Source of the DNA: a virus
Lineage: Duplodnaviria > Caudoviricetes
Strand: one strand, 5' to 3'
DNA length: 64,000 bases
IMG/VR virus record: IMGVR_UViG_2654588144_000016
Location: 13,667 to 77,666 of that record
The first letter of the stretch is position 1. Every line of letters begins with the position of its first letter. The translations under genes and the position numbers were made by a program. The notes below the pieces were generated by a model. The model saw only the letters and a program-made list of their open reading frames with translations, was not told where the DNA came from and did not search any database. This document shows, in pieces, positions 47,060 to 57,762 of this stretch.

Positions 47060-47512
47060 TTATGCCTGTTTAGCTGTTCTCATATCCAAAACCTTTACCG
47101 GAGACTCTTTAATTTCTCCTGTTTCCGGGTCTACAGTTTTTCCATCCACTACAAGTTCCGCCGGATTCTGGGCGCTTGGCTTAAATTCCATCTGTCCACG
47201 CATGGTATTTCCATACTCCTGCGCATACACTTTTCCGGTTCTTAAATCTTTTCCGATTGCCATTCTTGTGACCATCGGTTTTACCGGAGCCAGCTTTGTT
47301 GTAACGGAAATATCCACCGCCGCGGCATCCCTGTCCTCATTCTGCTCAAATTTAAGTTTGATTGCGATTTCTCGTTTGTTTTTGTATGGAGTGTTGGGAT
47401 TCTGCATATTCTCAACAACTTCCTCCATCGCTTTTGCAAATACTTCCTGCAGCCCACCGCCTACCAGTTCTTCCAGATTTACTTTTGCCATGATATTTTC
47501 CTCCATAGTCAA
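47060..47512 (-). CDS. Conserved phage protein (often labelled replication terminator protein)
   Basis: NMQNPNT...R...IKLKF, TKLAP motifs. Confidence 0.7.
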   Translation of the reverse strand: MTMEENIMAKVNLEELVGGGLQEVFAKAMEEVVENMQNPNTPYKNKREIAIKLKFEQNEDRDAAAVDISVTTKLAPVKPMVTRMAIGKDLRTGKVYAQEYGNTMRGQMEFKPSAQNPAELVVDGKTVDPETGEIKESPVKVLDMRTAKQA

Positions 47513-47590
47513 TATGTTTACGGGTTACATTTATTTAATAGGCCTATTAAAATCACATCATAGTTTTGAATGGGATTGCGCCCATGTTGT

Positions 47591-48358
47591 TTAATTCAGC
47601 GACCATTCCGGATTTTCTTCTGGCTCGATGTCGTCATTTTCTTCGCTTTCTGTATTTAGGATAATTTCTACAAATCCACGCTTCAGTACGGACAGGAAGA
47701 TTTCAAAATCACTGACATTTCTCAAGGAATTAATGTCAATGGCATAATCCCCTCTCAAAATACTCCATGTATTTTCCTTGCTTTTTTTGTACAATTTAAT
47801 CTGACAATTCAAGTCCTCGTCCTCTTCACATGTGAACTTCACAGTACAGTTATCAAAACTTGACTCAAACCATCCTTTATCTTCATGTTCTACTTCCATA
47901 CTAGCTGTTACATGCTCGTAGTATGGTTCTCCGTCCTCACAACATGCTTCCAGATTGCTTGTGTCCACATTCTTGGCAACATGCTCACAATACTGCTCAA
48001 AAATCTTCGACAGTTCGATTTCTTTGTACTCTGGCTCTTTCAACAGAGACTGGAAATTATCCAAAATCCGTTTGTTATCTGCCAGATTTGTACTATTTAC
48101 AATCTCGGTAAGAATGGAATCCAACTTTACCATATATTGATTGAAATTGTGTTTTTCAATAACCGGAACCATAACTTCCTTTATTTTGCTTTCGATGACT
48201 TCCTTTGCTTCCCCACGATATCCAAACACATTGTCAAGTGCTTCGGATATTCCCTTTTCCAGTTTTTCCCCGATGATTTTCTCAACTGTCCCATCGTTCA
48301 GTTTTTCATCAAGGACGCTCATAATTTTCTGTTCAAAATCCATGCCTGGTCTCCACAT
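47591..48358 (-). CDS. Hypothetical acidic protein
   Basis: Long ORF in operon. Confidence 0.7.
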   Translation of the reverse strand: MWRPGMDFEQKIMSVLDEKLNDGTVEKIIGEKLEKGISEALDNVFGYRGEAKEVIESKIKEVMVPVIEKHNFNQYMVKLDSILTEIVNSTNLADNKRILDNFQSLLKEPEYKEIELSKIFEQYCEHVAKNVDTSNLEACCEDGEPYYEHVTASMEVEHEDKGWFESSFDNCTVKFTCEEDEDLNCQIKLYKKSKENTWSILRGDYAIDINSLRNVSDFEIFLSVLKRGFVEIILNTESEENDDIEPEENPEWSLN

Positions 48359-48588
48359 TTATTCTATTTTACCGTTTTCTTTTTGTTGCTTTAGCACATC
48401 ATTTAGCGAATATCCCTCTTTGAAGCGGCTATGTCCATTTCTTTTTAAGCTGTTCTTTTTTTGATAAATGCCTTTTGCAAAACTTCAAAATCCGCTCCAT
48501 TTTGCACCGCTATAACAATGTCTATTCTCAATTCATCCAGTTCTCTCATAGTCTGGCAGACCTTGATTTTTTCTAACAAATCCATACC

Positions 48589-49158
48589 TTACTCCTTTTC
48601 CAAATCATAGAAAACCAGTTCCTCGCCATCCGGCAGCGGACACTCATCATCTTTCCATTTCAGATATTTTACGCTTGTCCAATGCCCCCATGAATCTTCC
48701 GTATCAAGTCCGATAATGGTCAGAACCTCATTCGTATAGCAGCGGCTGTCAATTAACAGTCTGTCAGAGCGCCTATTTTTTCTGTTATCAAAATTATCCA
48801 GAATGTACTTGCTAAGCTTTCTTGCGTCCCTTAAATCTGTTTGTGACGGCTTATGGTGCAAGGTATAGGTTATTCCGTCTACTTCCTTTAAAACTGCTCT
48901 ATCTGCCCATCTTGCTGTTTTAACACAGGATGTATAAAGCCAAATCTTACCCTCATATCCGTTCGCCCGGAGGCGATGAATCATTTCCAAAACTCTCGGC
49001 GCAAGTAACATCGGCTCTCCTCCGGTGATTACCAGTTCCTCGTATTTCAGTAAATCTGTAAATACAACCTCTAGCACATTCCCGATATGCTCATTACAGC
49101 AATTCTCGCAATGTCTGGGGCAGTTGTATGTAACGATTACTCTCGCTCTTTTCTTCAC
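48589..49158 (-). CDS. Radical SAM-like protein
   Basis: CxxxCxxC (CPRHCENC) and ITGGEP. Confidence 0.82.
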   Translation of the reverse strand: MKKRARVIVTYNCPRHCENCCNEHIGNVLEVVFTDLLKYEELVITGGEPMLLAPRVLEMIHRLRANGYEGKIWLYTSCVKTARWADRAVLKEVDGITYTLHHKPSQTDLRDARKLSKYILDNFDNRKNRRSDRLLIDSRCYTNEVLTIIGLDTEDSWGHWTSVKYLKWKDDECPLPDGEELVFYDLEKE

Positions 49159-49164
49159 TTATTT

Positions 49165-50160
49165 TCATCCTCCAATCAACGAATCTAGCACTTGTACTCT
49201 ACTCTGCACCTTATCCGGCTTCGCAGAACCGCTACCAACAGACTTGTTATAAATCTCGCTCACACTGGTTTGGCTGGAATCGAAGAACTTATACAGAATC
49301 TCTTTCAGTTCATCCACCGACTTTCCAGCCCGTAATGCTTTCAGTGCAACATATGTACAGGACACCAGATGGCTTCTAGTCTTAATTTTCTTCAATACAC
49401 GCTTATCTATCTTTTCTTCAGGATTTAAAAGGTCGCTGACTTCCTTAACATAATCAAGGGCCTGTCCAATTTCCTGTACCTGCTCATCTGTAACCGCCGC
49501 TGATTCGATAAGAGGACGAAAGCCTTTTGTCGTGAAGTCCCGGCAATCCGAAAAGCATAATGCCCAGGCTTGCATAGCAACATTTTCGTCATTGTAGCGG
49601 CGCTTCCCTGCTTCAGTAATTGCCCCTGCAATCATTTCATGCTTGGCAATTTCCCGGAATTTCAGAATGCTTTTCGCTTTAACTCTTGTCAGTTCTACAC
49701 TGGTAAGAGGCTTTCCGTTATTAATACGGAAGAACAGTTCTGCAATCTCTTCCTCAGTAATGCCCTCAAAGTAATAGATTGTCAGTGAATAATCCTTTAT
49801 ATTGTCCTGCGCCCACTCTGGAAGTTCTGAAAACTTCAACCTTGAAACGGTTACAGGAAAACCATTTTCATCTATTACTTGCGGAGTATCATCTGATAAA
49901 GGAAACTCTCCATCCAGATATCCCTTAATAGAAAGTGACCTCTGCTGACCATCTAAAGCGTCATACTTACCATCATCTTTCCGTGCAAAGTAGAATGGTG
50001 GAATCGGATATCCCTCTATCATTGAGTGAATCAGCAAGGATTTTCTGGACATATCCCAAACCGGATTTCTCTGAACTGCACAGTCAAAAGAAACCTGTCC
50101 TTTCTCAATCTGGTTCCGCAGCGTTTTACCGCTCCACTGAATGTTTGCTTTTTTCAGCAT
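49165..50160 (-). CDS. DUF262 (ParB-like/GmrS) domain protein
   Basis: QRNPVW, LDGQQR, FFRINNG motifs. Confidence 0.85.
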   Translation of the reverse strand: MLKKANIQWSGKTLRNQIEKGQVSFDCAVQRNPVWDMSRKSLLIHSMIEGYPIPPFYFARKDDGKYDALDGQQRSLSIKGYLDGEFPLSDDTPQVIDENGFPVTVSRLKFSELPEWAQDNIKDYSLTIYYFEGITEEEIAELFFRINNGKPLTSVELTRVKAKSILKFREIAKHEMIAGAITEAGKRRYNDENVAMQAWALCFSDCRDFTTKGFRPLIESAAVTDEQVQEIGQALDYVKEVSDLLNPEEKIDKRVLKKIKTRSHLVSCTYVALKALRAGKSVDELKEILYKFFDSSQTSVSEIYNKSVGSGSAKPDKVQSRVQVLDSLIGG

Positions 50161-50174
50161 TTCTTGTTTCCTCC

Positions 50175-50903
50175 CTAAAATAGCTCTTTCCTTAACTCCG
50201 CTTCCAATCCAGCCTCTGCACAGAACACTTTAGCGCGGTTTCCAGCCACTTTTTCGACCTCAGCCAACATTTGCTTGGGGTCTGCATTAAAATGGCTTAA
50301 ATGGCATAATATGACGTTACGCAAACACGGTGTTTGGTTTTTACGAACAACATCAAGTACCGTTGATAAACTGCTGTGTCCACGCATAACGTGTTCGTAG
50401 TTCTGACCCGTGTTCTCCACATCGTCCATATGGTTACACTCAATCAGCATATGGTTTAATCGTTTCTTCCGGAATGTCCACGGAAGATATTCAAAATCTG
50501 TAGCAAACAGCAGTTTTCCCATTTCCTCATGTTCAACCAAATATCCATAATTTGGAGTATCATTGTGCGGCACATAAAATGGTGTTACCTTGAATTCTCC
50601 CACCTTGAACATTTTCTTTTCCGGGATTCCGTACAACCACCCACTAGACACACAGTCAATTAATCTCTGCGTTTCATCGTTGGTATAAATTTTGATTCCA
50701 GCAGAAAGAAAGTCTTTTGCGTATTTGAGATGGTCCTGGTGCCCGTGACTTACCAGGCACCCAACCACTTTCCCAATCTGGAAGTCGATAGTCTTCTTCA
50801 CATCCAATAATCGGCAACCAGCTTCCAGAAGAAGAATTTCATTCTCAGAAATCAGCGCATAGGCATTTCCCTTACTTCCGCTTCCAATAACTTTTAGTTT
50901 CAT
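50175..50903 (-). CDS. Metallo-beta-lactamase-fold hydrolase (exonuclease-like)
   Basis: GSGSKGN, SHGHQDH, HLS motifs. Confidence 0.88.
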   Translation of the reverse strand: MKLKVIGSGSKGNAYALISENEILLLEAGCRLLDVKKTIDFQIGKVVGCLVSHGHQDHLKYAKDFLSAGIKIYTNDETQRLIDCVSSGWLYGIPEKKMFKVGEFKVTPFYVPHNDTPNYGYLVEHEEMGKLLFATDFEYLPWTFRKKRLNHMLIECNHMDDVENTGQNYEHVMRGHSSLSTVLDVVRKNQTPCLRNVILCHLSHFNADPKQMLAEVEKVAGNRAKVFCAEAGLEAELRKELF

Positions 50904-51283
50904 CCCATTGTACCCACTGCTTTCACACCAACCATAATATCTGGTGGAATTGGCAACTTTCCAGAAAACTGCTCAATCGGCTTCCAGAGGTGCAGGCAGT
51001 TTTTCATATTGTTTACATAGTTCGTCTTCGCGGGATGATACTGGATAACTGTTTCGTCCTCATTCCAGAACACATCTTTCAGTAAACACATTTCATTCCA
51101 ATCTGGCGTTCTATTCTTGGGGCAGATACTTACATGTTCCCAGCCACCGGCATAACTCCAGATTACAGTTGCGCTTTTAAGTGTTCCTTTTGTAAAAACC
51201 CCACATCCACCATCAAAACCTAAATGTGTAATTTGGATATCATGTGCTCCTAAACACTTCTGCAAATCTCTCGCTTTCTTCAT
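50900..51283 (-). CDS. Conserved phage protein
   Basis: GWEHVS...P.W.EMC...CLHLW motif. Confidence 0.75.
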   Translation of the reverse strand: MKKARDLQKCLGAHDIQITHLGFDGGCGVFTKGTLKSATVIWSYAGGWEHVSICPKNRTPDWNEMCLLKDVFWNEDETVIQYHPAKTNYVNNMKNCLHLWKPIEQFSGKLPIPPDIMVGVKAVGTMG

Positions 51284-51645
51284 TCCTCCACCTCAATTTC
51301 ATCATCTGTTGGAAACTGGAATATCCGTGGAAGCATATGTACATCAATGTCTCCAGCATTAGCAGGCTTAACAAATACTCCCGCGATAGAGTTTATCAGT
51401 GCTTTCATGCTTTCTTCATCGAGTTTGGCATTCCTGTCAATTACCAAACTTGGCATAATTCCGGTGTATGCCTTATGAAGCATCTCCATGGCTTTTTCTG
51501 CCTTTTCAGGCGTTTCATACTGCGCCATCAGCGTCCCTTTTCCAGTGTCGCCGACCATGTTCATGCGAATCATTCCACCAGCTAAGTGAAAAGCCGTCAT
51601 TTCATAAGGAACATCAATAGCACCATTCTGCGATATTACCCTCAT
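51280..51645 (-). CDS. Hypothetical protein
   Basis: MRVISQNG family, paralogous to the next gene. Confidence 0.7.
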   Translation of the reverse strand: MRVISQNGAIDVPYEMTAFHLAGGMIRMNMVGDTGKGTLMAQYETPEKAEKAMEMLHKAYTGIMPSLVIDRNAKLDEESMKALINSIAGVFVKPANAGDIDVHMLPRIFQFPTDDEIEVEE

Positions 51646-51968
51646 ACCTCGACCTCCTCGTCACTCGGCATCTCAAAGATTCCGAACATCTGGTCTGCCA
51701 CATACTCGTCAAACAAATCTCTTGGCTTCGATTCGGGAATTAAGTTCAACAACAAATTCATGCTGTAACTGTCCAGAATCCAGTCCAGAACCTTTTGTGC
51801 CTTATTTTCAGAAGAATATATCCCAAGCTCCACTTGGCTAATGTGCTCGGAATCTACTTCCAATACTGCATAAATCTTAAAGTCACTTTCATTCGGATAG
51901 CCAATGCAAATGCCATTGTATTTGTCAAAGTTGACTATTTGTTTTCCGCTCTGGCTTTTAATCAACAC
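51642..51968 (-). CDS. Hypothetical protein
   Basis: MLIKSQSG...FEMP family. Confidence 0.7.
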   Translation of the reverse strand: MLIKSQSGKQIVNFDKYNGICIGYPNESDFKIYAVLEVDSEHISQVELGIYSSENKAQKVLDWILDSYSMNLLLNLIPESKPRDLFDEYVADQMFGIFEMPSDEEVEV

Positions 51969-52350
51969 CGAAGAACACCTCTCTCATTGAGAACACTCGC
52001 CTGCCCTTTTTTAGCCGTTCTCGGTTTTCTTTTGCTCTCTGCTCGCTGTCACAAATAAATTGACGACAGATTTCCGGCCTAACTTCATAAATCGTGCAGA
52101 TTTTCTTTCCATTGTCACGGAAAGGACATGTCATATCCAATACCGGCTTCGCCACCGGGATAAGGTGTTTGCTTTCCTTTATCCCGTTCTGGCGAACATA
52201 CTTGTGAATCCTACGGATTTCATCATCTGACAGAGGGAGAATATCTGAACAACAATTTCCGCACTTGGAGCATTTTCCATCAACCGTGTAATTGTAGAGG
52301 TTATCTTCCATACCTTTCGCAATTGCCGCTAATGCCGACATACACTCCAT
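51958..52350 (-). CDS. YkgJ-family cysteine-cluster protein
   Basis: CSKCGNCC...CPF...CTIYEVRPEICR. Confidence 0.85.
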   Translation of the reverse strand: MECMSALAAIAKGMEDNLYNYTVDGKCSKCGNCCSDILPLSDDEIRRIHKYVRQNGIKESKHLIPVAKPVLDMTCPFRDNGKKICTIYEVRPEICRQFICDSEQRAKENRERLKKGRRVFSMREVFFGVD

Positions 52351-52353
52351 GGA

Positions 52354-53496
52354 CTATCCCTCCATCCAGCTTTTATCCACTACAGGAGCTGTTTTTTTCT
52401 GCTTCTGGCTTGCTGTCACATCTGCCATAGTCTTAGGCGGTTCCTTCTGCCCAATGGAGGACGGCTGTTCTGGCTCCATAGGAAACTCCTGGGCATTAGC
52501 ATTGTAAGTGATTTCCTCCTGAACCTGCTGATACACAACATCGTCAAGCTGCCTGTATTCCTGTGCCGCTACTGGATTTCCAAAGTCTTTCGGAATCTTT
52601 TTCATGACGTTGTTACGCATTTTTCGGATAATCATACTTTCTCTAGACTGTGGTTCTGTCCATGCTGGAGAAAGATAAGGCTGCAATTCCGGGCAATCCA
52701 AAATCTTATCCAAATCATTCAGTTCCTTTGCTTTGTCCATGATTTCCTTTTTCTTTTCGGAAATCTGTTTTTTTTGTGCAGGTGTGGCATCATACCGATT
52801 TTCACAAACTCCAAAGGTTTCATTCATCAGATTGTTTGAAAGATGTGCATATAAGTTTTTCAGTACATCATCACGTTCCCCAAAATGAAACTCGGTATGA
52901 CCATCGGCATATTCAATAGGGTAAACCACCCTCACAACTTCGCCTTTCCCAGTTGGCTCCCATTCTGGCGGCTCTACTTCGATACCTTTTCTTTTTCCAT
53001 AAGAAAAACTATCGCCAGACCGGACAAGCCAATATGGGTGCACCATCTTAACCCCCCTGCCAAATTTAGCAGTTAAAGCATCATTCCCATCACCTTCAAG
53101 GCCCATTTCAATTTGTTTTTCCCAAACTGCCTTCTGACCTTTTTTTGCTGTATTTACACTGCGTACCTGAAAGTAGCACTCTCTGGGAACTGCATTAGTA
53201 TTGAGTTTAAGTGCGGCAACGGTCAACAACGTGCTCTGCAAATTTGCCGGGTTGATATCATTGGGAGTAAGTCCCTGATTATGTATCAAACTGTAAATAC
53301 ACCCCATTGCCGCAATTACACACTGTTTGGAATATTCGTCAAAGGTCACGCCACGTTCCTCCAGCATTTGCCGCGTAGATTCTACACAGGCATTTGTAAC
53401 CGTTGCAATCTCACTCCTAAATGCAACTGTAGCTGGCTTAACCGGTGGCTGTACTGTAGTTGAATCCTGTTTATTCTCTGTCTGCTTTACTGCCAT
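52354..53496 (-). CDS. Putative RecT-like single-strand annealing protein
   Basis: RECYF, ESMIIRKMRNN motifs; between AAA ATPase and MBL nuclease. Confidence 0.65.
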   Translation of the reverse strand: MAVKQTENKQDSTTVQPPVKPATVAFRSEIATVTNACVESTRQMLEERGVTFDEYSKQCVIAAMGCIYSLIHNQGLTPNDINPANLQSTLLTVAALKLNTNAVPRECYFQVRSVNTAKKGQKAVWEKQIEMGLEGDGNDALTAKFGRGVKMVHPYWLVRSGDSFSYGKRKGIEVEPPEWEPTGKGEVVRVVYPIEYADGHTEFHFGERDDVLKNLYAHLSNNLMNETFGVCENRYDATPAQKKQISEKKKEIMDKAKELNDLDKILDCPELQPYLSPAWTEPQSRESMIIRKMRNNVMKKIPKDFGNPVAAQEYRQLDDVVYQQVQEEITYNANAQEFPMEPEQPSSIGQKEPPKTMADVTASQKQKKTAPVVDKSWMEG

Positions 53497-53502
53497 GATT
53501 AT

Positions 53503-53799
53503 CTATCCCCTTCCATATTCTTCAAACAATACGCCCATATCGGCCAGGATTTCATAAAATTTATTTTCAAGGGTTGCTCTATTTTGCATTCCAACCTGCT
53601 CGTCCTCTTCATCTGTGGATTTGGGTTCTACACAGAACCCTTTTTTCTTCAAGCAGTCCGGACAAATATCAACGGTGATTCCGTTATACCCAACGCCCTT
53701 CATCCTTATACCGTCTGACTTAATTGTTATTTTCGCCAAATCATCTTTGCTCTTACTCTGCTTGCAAATATCACAAGTAAATACCGTTGTTTGTGCCAT
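53503..53799 (-). CDS. Zinc-finger hypothetical protein
   Basis: CDIC...DICPDC. Confidence 0.7.
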   Translation of the reverse strand: MAQTTVFTCDICKQSKSKDDLAKITIKSDGIRMKGVGYNGITVDICPDCLKKKGFCVEPKSTDEEDEQVGMQNRATLENKFYEILADMGVLFEEYGRG

Positions 53800-53801
53800 A
53801 A

Positions 53802-54095
53802 CTATCTGTCCCCTTTCTGCCCCATTCGGAACATCTGCTTAAAAGTGTCCAACCAGTTCCCCTGCTTATGTGCCATCTTATTGTAATGATGGCTGTTAGC
53901 CAAACGTTCTGACGCGACTGCCACGCTCCCCATAACCTTCCGATTCTGCTGATAACTCCGATGACTTCTCTGTTTATGCTTTAATGCTGTTGCCATGATT
54001 ACTTGTCCTCCTTCTTTTCCATTAAATATGTTGCTTCCATATCGGAATATTTCCAATGATATCCTCCGCAACTCTTTAATTTTCTCTTGCAACAT
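53802..54095 (-). CDS. Hypothetical basic protein (real start probably MATALK)
   Basis: AAGGAGG RBS before internal Met. Confidence 0.55.
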   Translation of the reverse strand: MLQEKIKELRRISLEIFRYGSNIFNGKEGGQVIMATALKHKQRSHRSYQQNRKVMGSVAVASERLANSHHYNKMAHKQGNWLDTFKQMFRMGQKGDR

Positions 54096-54562
54096 TTTGT
54101 TATTGTCGAACTATCCAGTCCCAATTCTAATGATACTTTTCTCGCACTTTCCCATGTTTTAATGTACCTTCCATCTAAAGTTAGTTGAACAACACTCTTA
54201 ATGATTGGAGAGGTTACATGTCCTATTTTTACAGCATGTTTCATATTTTCACTAGGCGTCACCCATTCAAGATTACAAATAGAGTTATCTTCCGTATTAC
54301 CATTGATATGATTTACCTCTCGTTTTTTTAAAGGATTGGGAATAAAAGCAAGCGCAACAAGCCTATGGACAGAAACTGTTTTTTCCTTTCCTTTTGTACA
54401 CAGTTTAACCTTGAAGTACGCTCTCCCATCTTTAAATTGTTTCAAAATTCTTGTCATATCTTTTTGCCGATATTTTAGACTTCTCACACGTCCCAAACTA
54501 CTTACCTGATACAGTCCTTCATATCCGGGAATATCTCTCCATGTCTCCAATTTATTCTTCAC
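53999..54562 (-). CDS. NUMOD4-HNH homing endonuclease
   Basis: WRDIPGYEGLYQVSSLGRV, VHRLVA, VNHING...N...NLEW. Confidence 0.9.
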   Translation of the reverse strand: MKNKLETWRDIPGYEGLYQVSSLGRVRSLKYRQKDMTRILKQFKDGRAYFKVKLCTKGKEKTVSVHRLVALAFIPNPLKKREVNHINGNTEDNSICNLEWVTPSENMKHAVKIGHVTSPIIKSVVQLTLDGRYIKTWESARKVSLELGLDSSTITKCCKRKLKSCGGYHWKYSDMEATYLMEKKEDK

Positions 54563-54776
54563 CCGCTTTATCTTCGGCTTCTATTCCCACAATGGACTTC
54601 ACTTTATCAGCAAACGCCGCAACTTCTTCCTCTGGCACATCGACTTCGGTCACGATACCCTTTGCAGAACTGTTAATCTGCACCTTGTCGCCAACCTTGA
54701 CCAGAACATCGGAACGATATGTATATGCCCTGCCAGATGGCTTGTCTCCCTTCAAAAACTGCACTTTAATCAACAT
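54552..54776 (-). CDS. Hypothetical protein
   Basis: Coupled ORF. Confidence 0.7.
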   Translation of the reverse strand: MLIKVQFLKGDKPSGRAYTYRSDVLVKVGDKVQINSSAKGIVTEVDVPEEEVAAFADKVKSIVGIEAEDKAGEE

Positions 54777-55137
54777 TGCTAAACTCCTTCCACATTTTCT
54801 TTATATACTTCCACTGCCTTTTCAAGAATTTCTCAATCTCTGGCATATCTGAATCCTTGATGTTTCTTACCTGTACAGGACTAAAAATTCCCTTACGTTG
54901 TAATAAGAAGAATAACCATAAATCTTTTGCACCACTGTCTTCGTTCTGCGTAATATCGAATCTAACACAGTAATTAAGGTCGGAATCAATTCCTAATGAA
55001 TTATCTCCTATTCCCAGCCATTCTTCCTTGAAATCTGACCAGCTATCATATTCGCTTCTTCCAAAATTATCGGAACCGCCAACGTAGTAGTTGCTTTTAC
55101 TGCAATAGTATGGGTGATTCGTAACGTTCAGCTTCAT
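54766..55137 (-). CDS. Hypothetical protein
   Basis: HPYYCS family; AAGGAG RBS. Confidence 0.7.
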   Translation of the reverse strand: MKLNVTNHPYYCSKSNYYVGGSDNFGRSEYDSWSDFKEEWLGIGDNSLGIDSDLNYCVRFDITQNEDSGAKDLWLFFLLQRKGIFSPVQVRNIKDSDMPEIEKFLKRQWKYIKKMWKEFSNVD

Positions 55138-55276
55138 AAGTTAATTCTCCTTATGTTTTCTTCTGCACCAACCGTAATCATCTGTCTGGGTTGAAAAATC
55201 CACCAATATTATTCTAGGTTCCTCTTTCATACAGGCGAAATCCCCCTCGCAAATATATACGCACTCGTCACAGTCC

Positions 55277-55510
55277 TCACATTTTTTCATTACTATGCTC
55301 CTTTATAATCTTTATTGGATGTCCCAACGCCTTTTCAATTTCTGAAATGGTCATTTCACATGGTTCTTGAGGCTTTGACTTTTTCATAAAATCCGCAATT
55401 TTTTCTAAAGCATCAATATCTTCTGGTGTCAACCTCTTGGCCGCCTCAATGAAAATCTTAATGGCATGTAACATTTCAATAACCCGGTATTCGCTCTCCA
55501 AATCTCTCAT
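55277..55510 (-). CDS. Hypothetical protein
   Basis: EMTISEIEKALG motif. Confidence 0.65.
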   Translation of the reverse strand: MRDLESEYRVIEMLHAIKIFIEAAKRLTPEDIDALEKIADFMKKSKPQEPCEMTISEIEKALGHPIKIIKEHSNEKM

Positions 55511-55719
55511 AACTTCTCCCTTGCATCTAATTTGCTAATCTGTTTTTCTGCATCGACAGCAATCAATATAGCTGTATTTGCTTTGATATCAGAAAACCCA
55601 TATTCTTCAATAAGAATTTTTCTAACAGACCAAATTAACGTTGATAGTGTAAAGAGAAGTGTTAAGGGCGTCACTTTATCTTCTATGTCATTCCTTTTCA
55701 ATTCTGAAATCCTCGTCAT
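55507..55719 (-). CDS. Hypothetical protein
   Basis: Coupled ORF. Confidence 0.5.
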   Translation of the reverse strand: MTRISELKRNDIEDKVTPLTLLFTLSTLIWSVRKILIEEYGFSDIKANTAILIAVDAEKQISKLDAREKL

Positions 55720-57718
55720 TGGAAACCGACAGCATAATCATCTGGGTATCAATCTCTGGCATATTGCCCTCTGATACCTTTTCAGCGTTATCTATAATTA
55801 CTGGGGCGCTGACTCCGATAATGCCAGATAAAACGTTGATAACTTCAAGCCCCATAATCAGCTTCTCTGCTCCGCTGGTCGTGTTATCTCCATAAGGGGA
55901 ACCATCCTTTGTATAAACATCACATACACGCTCTACGCCGCCATTCTTCTGCTGGCGGAATAACTGGAACCGTACATTTTCAAAGTGCTTGTTTACCTCT
56001 TCGGTCAAATAATTGTCCTTGGCTGTTTGAAACTCTTCGCACATCATCAAAATCCGCTCCTGGTCGGCAATCAGCTGAACCTTATCCTTAAACTGCTTTT
56101 CCAGTTCTGCCACACGGTCTTTGGCTTCATCGGACTTGTCCACAGCGGCAAACTTCTGGTTGACCTCGGCAAGCTGTGTCTCCCATTCAGTTTTTTCGTC
56201 TCTCAACTGTGTACGGTAATCAGCGCCGGTATTCATATTCCGCAGGGCTTCCTCTTTTGCCTGGATTTCCATACACAGGGCTTCATATTCCTGATTATTC
56301 GATAAGTCTACCTGCTCCGGCAGCGCCGCCAGTTCTTCCATTGCTTTTGTCTTATCTGCATTTGCAGTAATCTTGTCTGCTTTTGCTGATTCCAAGAAAT
56401 TTTTAGCAGTCTCTAAATCTTCTTTTGCTTTGTTGATTTTCTCAACACAAGCTTTTCCCTCCTGGCAGATTTTGTCCAATAATTCGCTCTGGTCTGCTTC
56501 AAATTTCCCCTTATCAGCCTCGTATTTCTCCCAATGTAGCTTTTTGTCCTTTTCAAAGCATTCAATCTTCCTCTGTTTTAATTCTTCTGGTAAATCCTGT
56601 CCGCAGGTGGGGCAAACCAGCGCATCAGAGGATAGTGGTTCTGGTTCCACATATTCCGAAAAAGTTTTCGCTTCCTCAGTCTCAACCTTTTTTGCAAGTT
56701 CAGCCCGAAGCGTTTTGTTACTCTCAACAATGCGATTCAACCGCTGAATTTCCAATTCTCCTATTTTCTGATGCTGTATGGCTTTACGTAAATCATCTTC
56801 TGCTTCGTCAATCCGCTTTTGGATATCACGCTTCTGCTGTACTAACGACTCATTTGCAATTCGTTCTGTTTCAGATTTCTTCATCTTTAATTCAATAATG
56901 TTTTTGGACTTCTCGTCATACTCTGTGACTGCGGCTGTGGAATCCTCGATTTTCTGGTCAATCTCGGCAATCTTCTCGTTGATTACATTCCGCTGTAGTT
57001 CCATATCAGAAACATCAATATCAACAATATCCTTTCTTCTCTCGTTGATAAATGCCGAAATCTGGTCACGCTCTTTGGTCATATCCGAAATCGAGCGCTT
57101 GGAAGTGGCCTTTACCTCTTCCAGTTTCTTTCCATCCCGAACAAATTTCAGAAGTTCATCGAATCCGCCAGCTTCCATCAGAATCTGTTCCTCGGTCACA
57201 TTGGCAATTAGGGAAAGAATTAAATCCAACTTTTCCTGTTTCGATAGCCGGAAGAATGCGGTCGGGTCCGTAATCAACATGAAGTTCTTTTCTGATACAA
57301 TATCTGTAATACGACGCTTGAACTCTGTTTCGGATATTTCCACATTGTTCCATGCATAAATGTTCTTATCTCCCTCATGGACTTCTGTTGTTGTTCCGCG
57401 CTTCCGTACCCAGTTCTGCCTCTGAGTCTTTCTAAGAACAACTTCAACGCCGTCTACCAATAGCACCAACTCCGCAACCACATCCACATGGTCAACATCA
57501 ATGCCCAGGGAATCATACGGCCTGGGATGAAATTCTTTTCCCTCGCTCTTCCCTGTGCTAGACTTTCCAAACAAGACCCAGAATATTCCATCCGCCATGC
57601 TAGACTTTCCTGTCCGATTCATAGCAAAAATCTGCGTTTTTTTCTCACCGAACTCGACAGTCCGATTTAATTTTTTAAAATTTTCAAAACTGACCGAAAC
57701 CAGTTTAATCACTTTCAT
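55688..57718 (-). CDS. SMC/Rad50-like AAA ATPase
   Basis: NFK, NRTGKS, coiled coil with CPTCGQ hook, IIDNAE. Confidence 0.85.
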   Translation of the reverse strand: MKVIKLVSVSFENFKKLNRTVEFGEKKTQIFAMNRTGKSSMADGIFWVLFGKSSTGKSEGKEFHPRPYDSLGIDVDHVDVVAELVLLVDGVEVVLRKTQRQNWVRKRGTTTEVHEGDKNIYAWNNVEISETEFKRRITDIVSEKNFMLITDPTAFFRLSKQEKLDLILSLIANVTEEQILMEAGGFDELLKFVRDGKKLEEVKATSKRSISDMTKERDQISAFINERRKDIVDIDVSDMELQRNVINEKIAEIDQKIEDSTAAVTEYDEKSKNIIELKMKKSETERIANESLVQQKRDIQKRIDEAEDDLRKAIQHQKIGELEIQRLNRIVESNKTLRAELAKKVETEEAKTFSEYVEPEPLSSDALVCPTCGQDLPEELKQRKIECFEKDKKLHWEKYEADKGKFEADQSELLDKICQEGKACVEKINKAKEDLETAKNFLESAKADKITANADKTKAMEELAALPEQVDLSNNQEYEALCMEIQAKEEALRNMNTGADYRTQLRDEKTEWETQLAEVNQKFAAVDKSDEAKDRVAELEKQFKDKVQLIADQERILMMCEEFQTAKDNYLTEEVNKHFENVRFQLFRQQKNGGVERVCDVYTKDGSPYGDNTTSGAEKLIMGLEVINVLSGIIGVSAPVIIDNAEKVSEGNMPEIDTQMIMLSVSNDEDFRIEKE

Positions 57719-57762
57719 CTTGCAATCTCCTTTAAAATCCCTTATACTAAGGGTGTGCTAAA

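Noticed and set aside
49165-50160. DUF262 gene as a complete GmrSD/SspE defence system
   Set aside because: No HNH/DUF1524 partner domain or neighbouring system genes; it sits in the recombination operon
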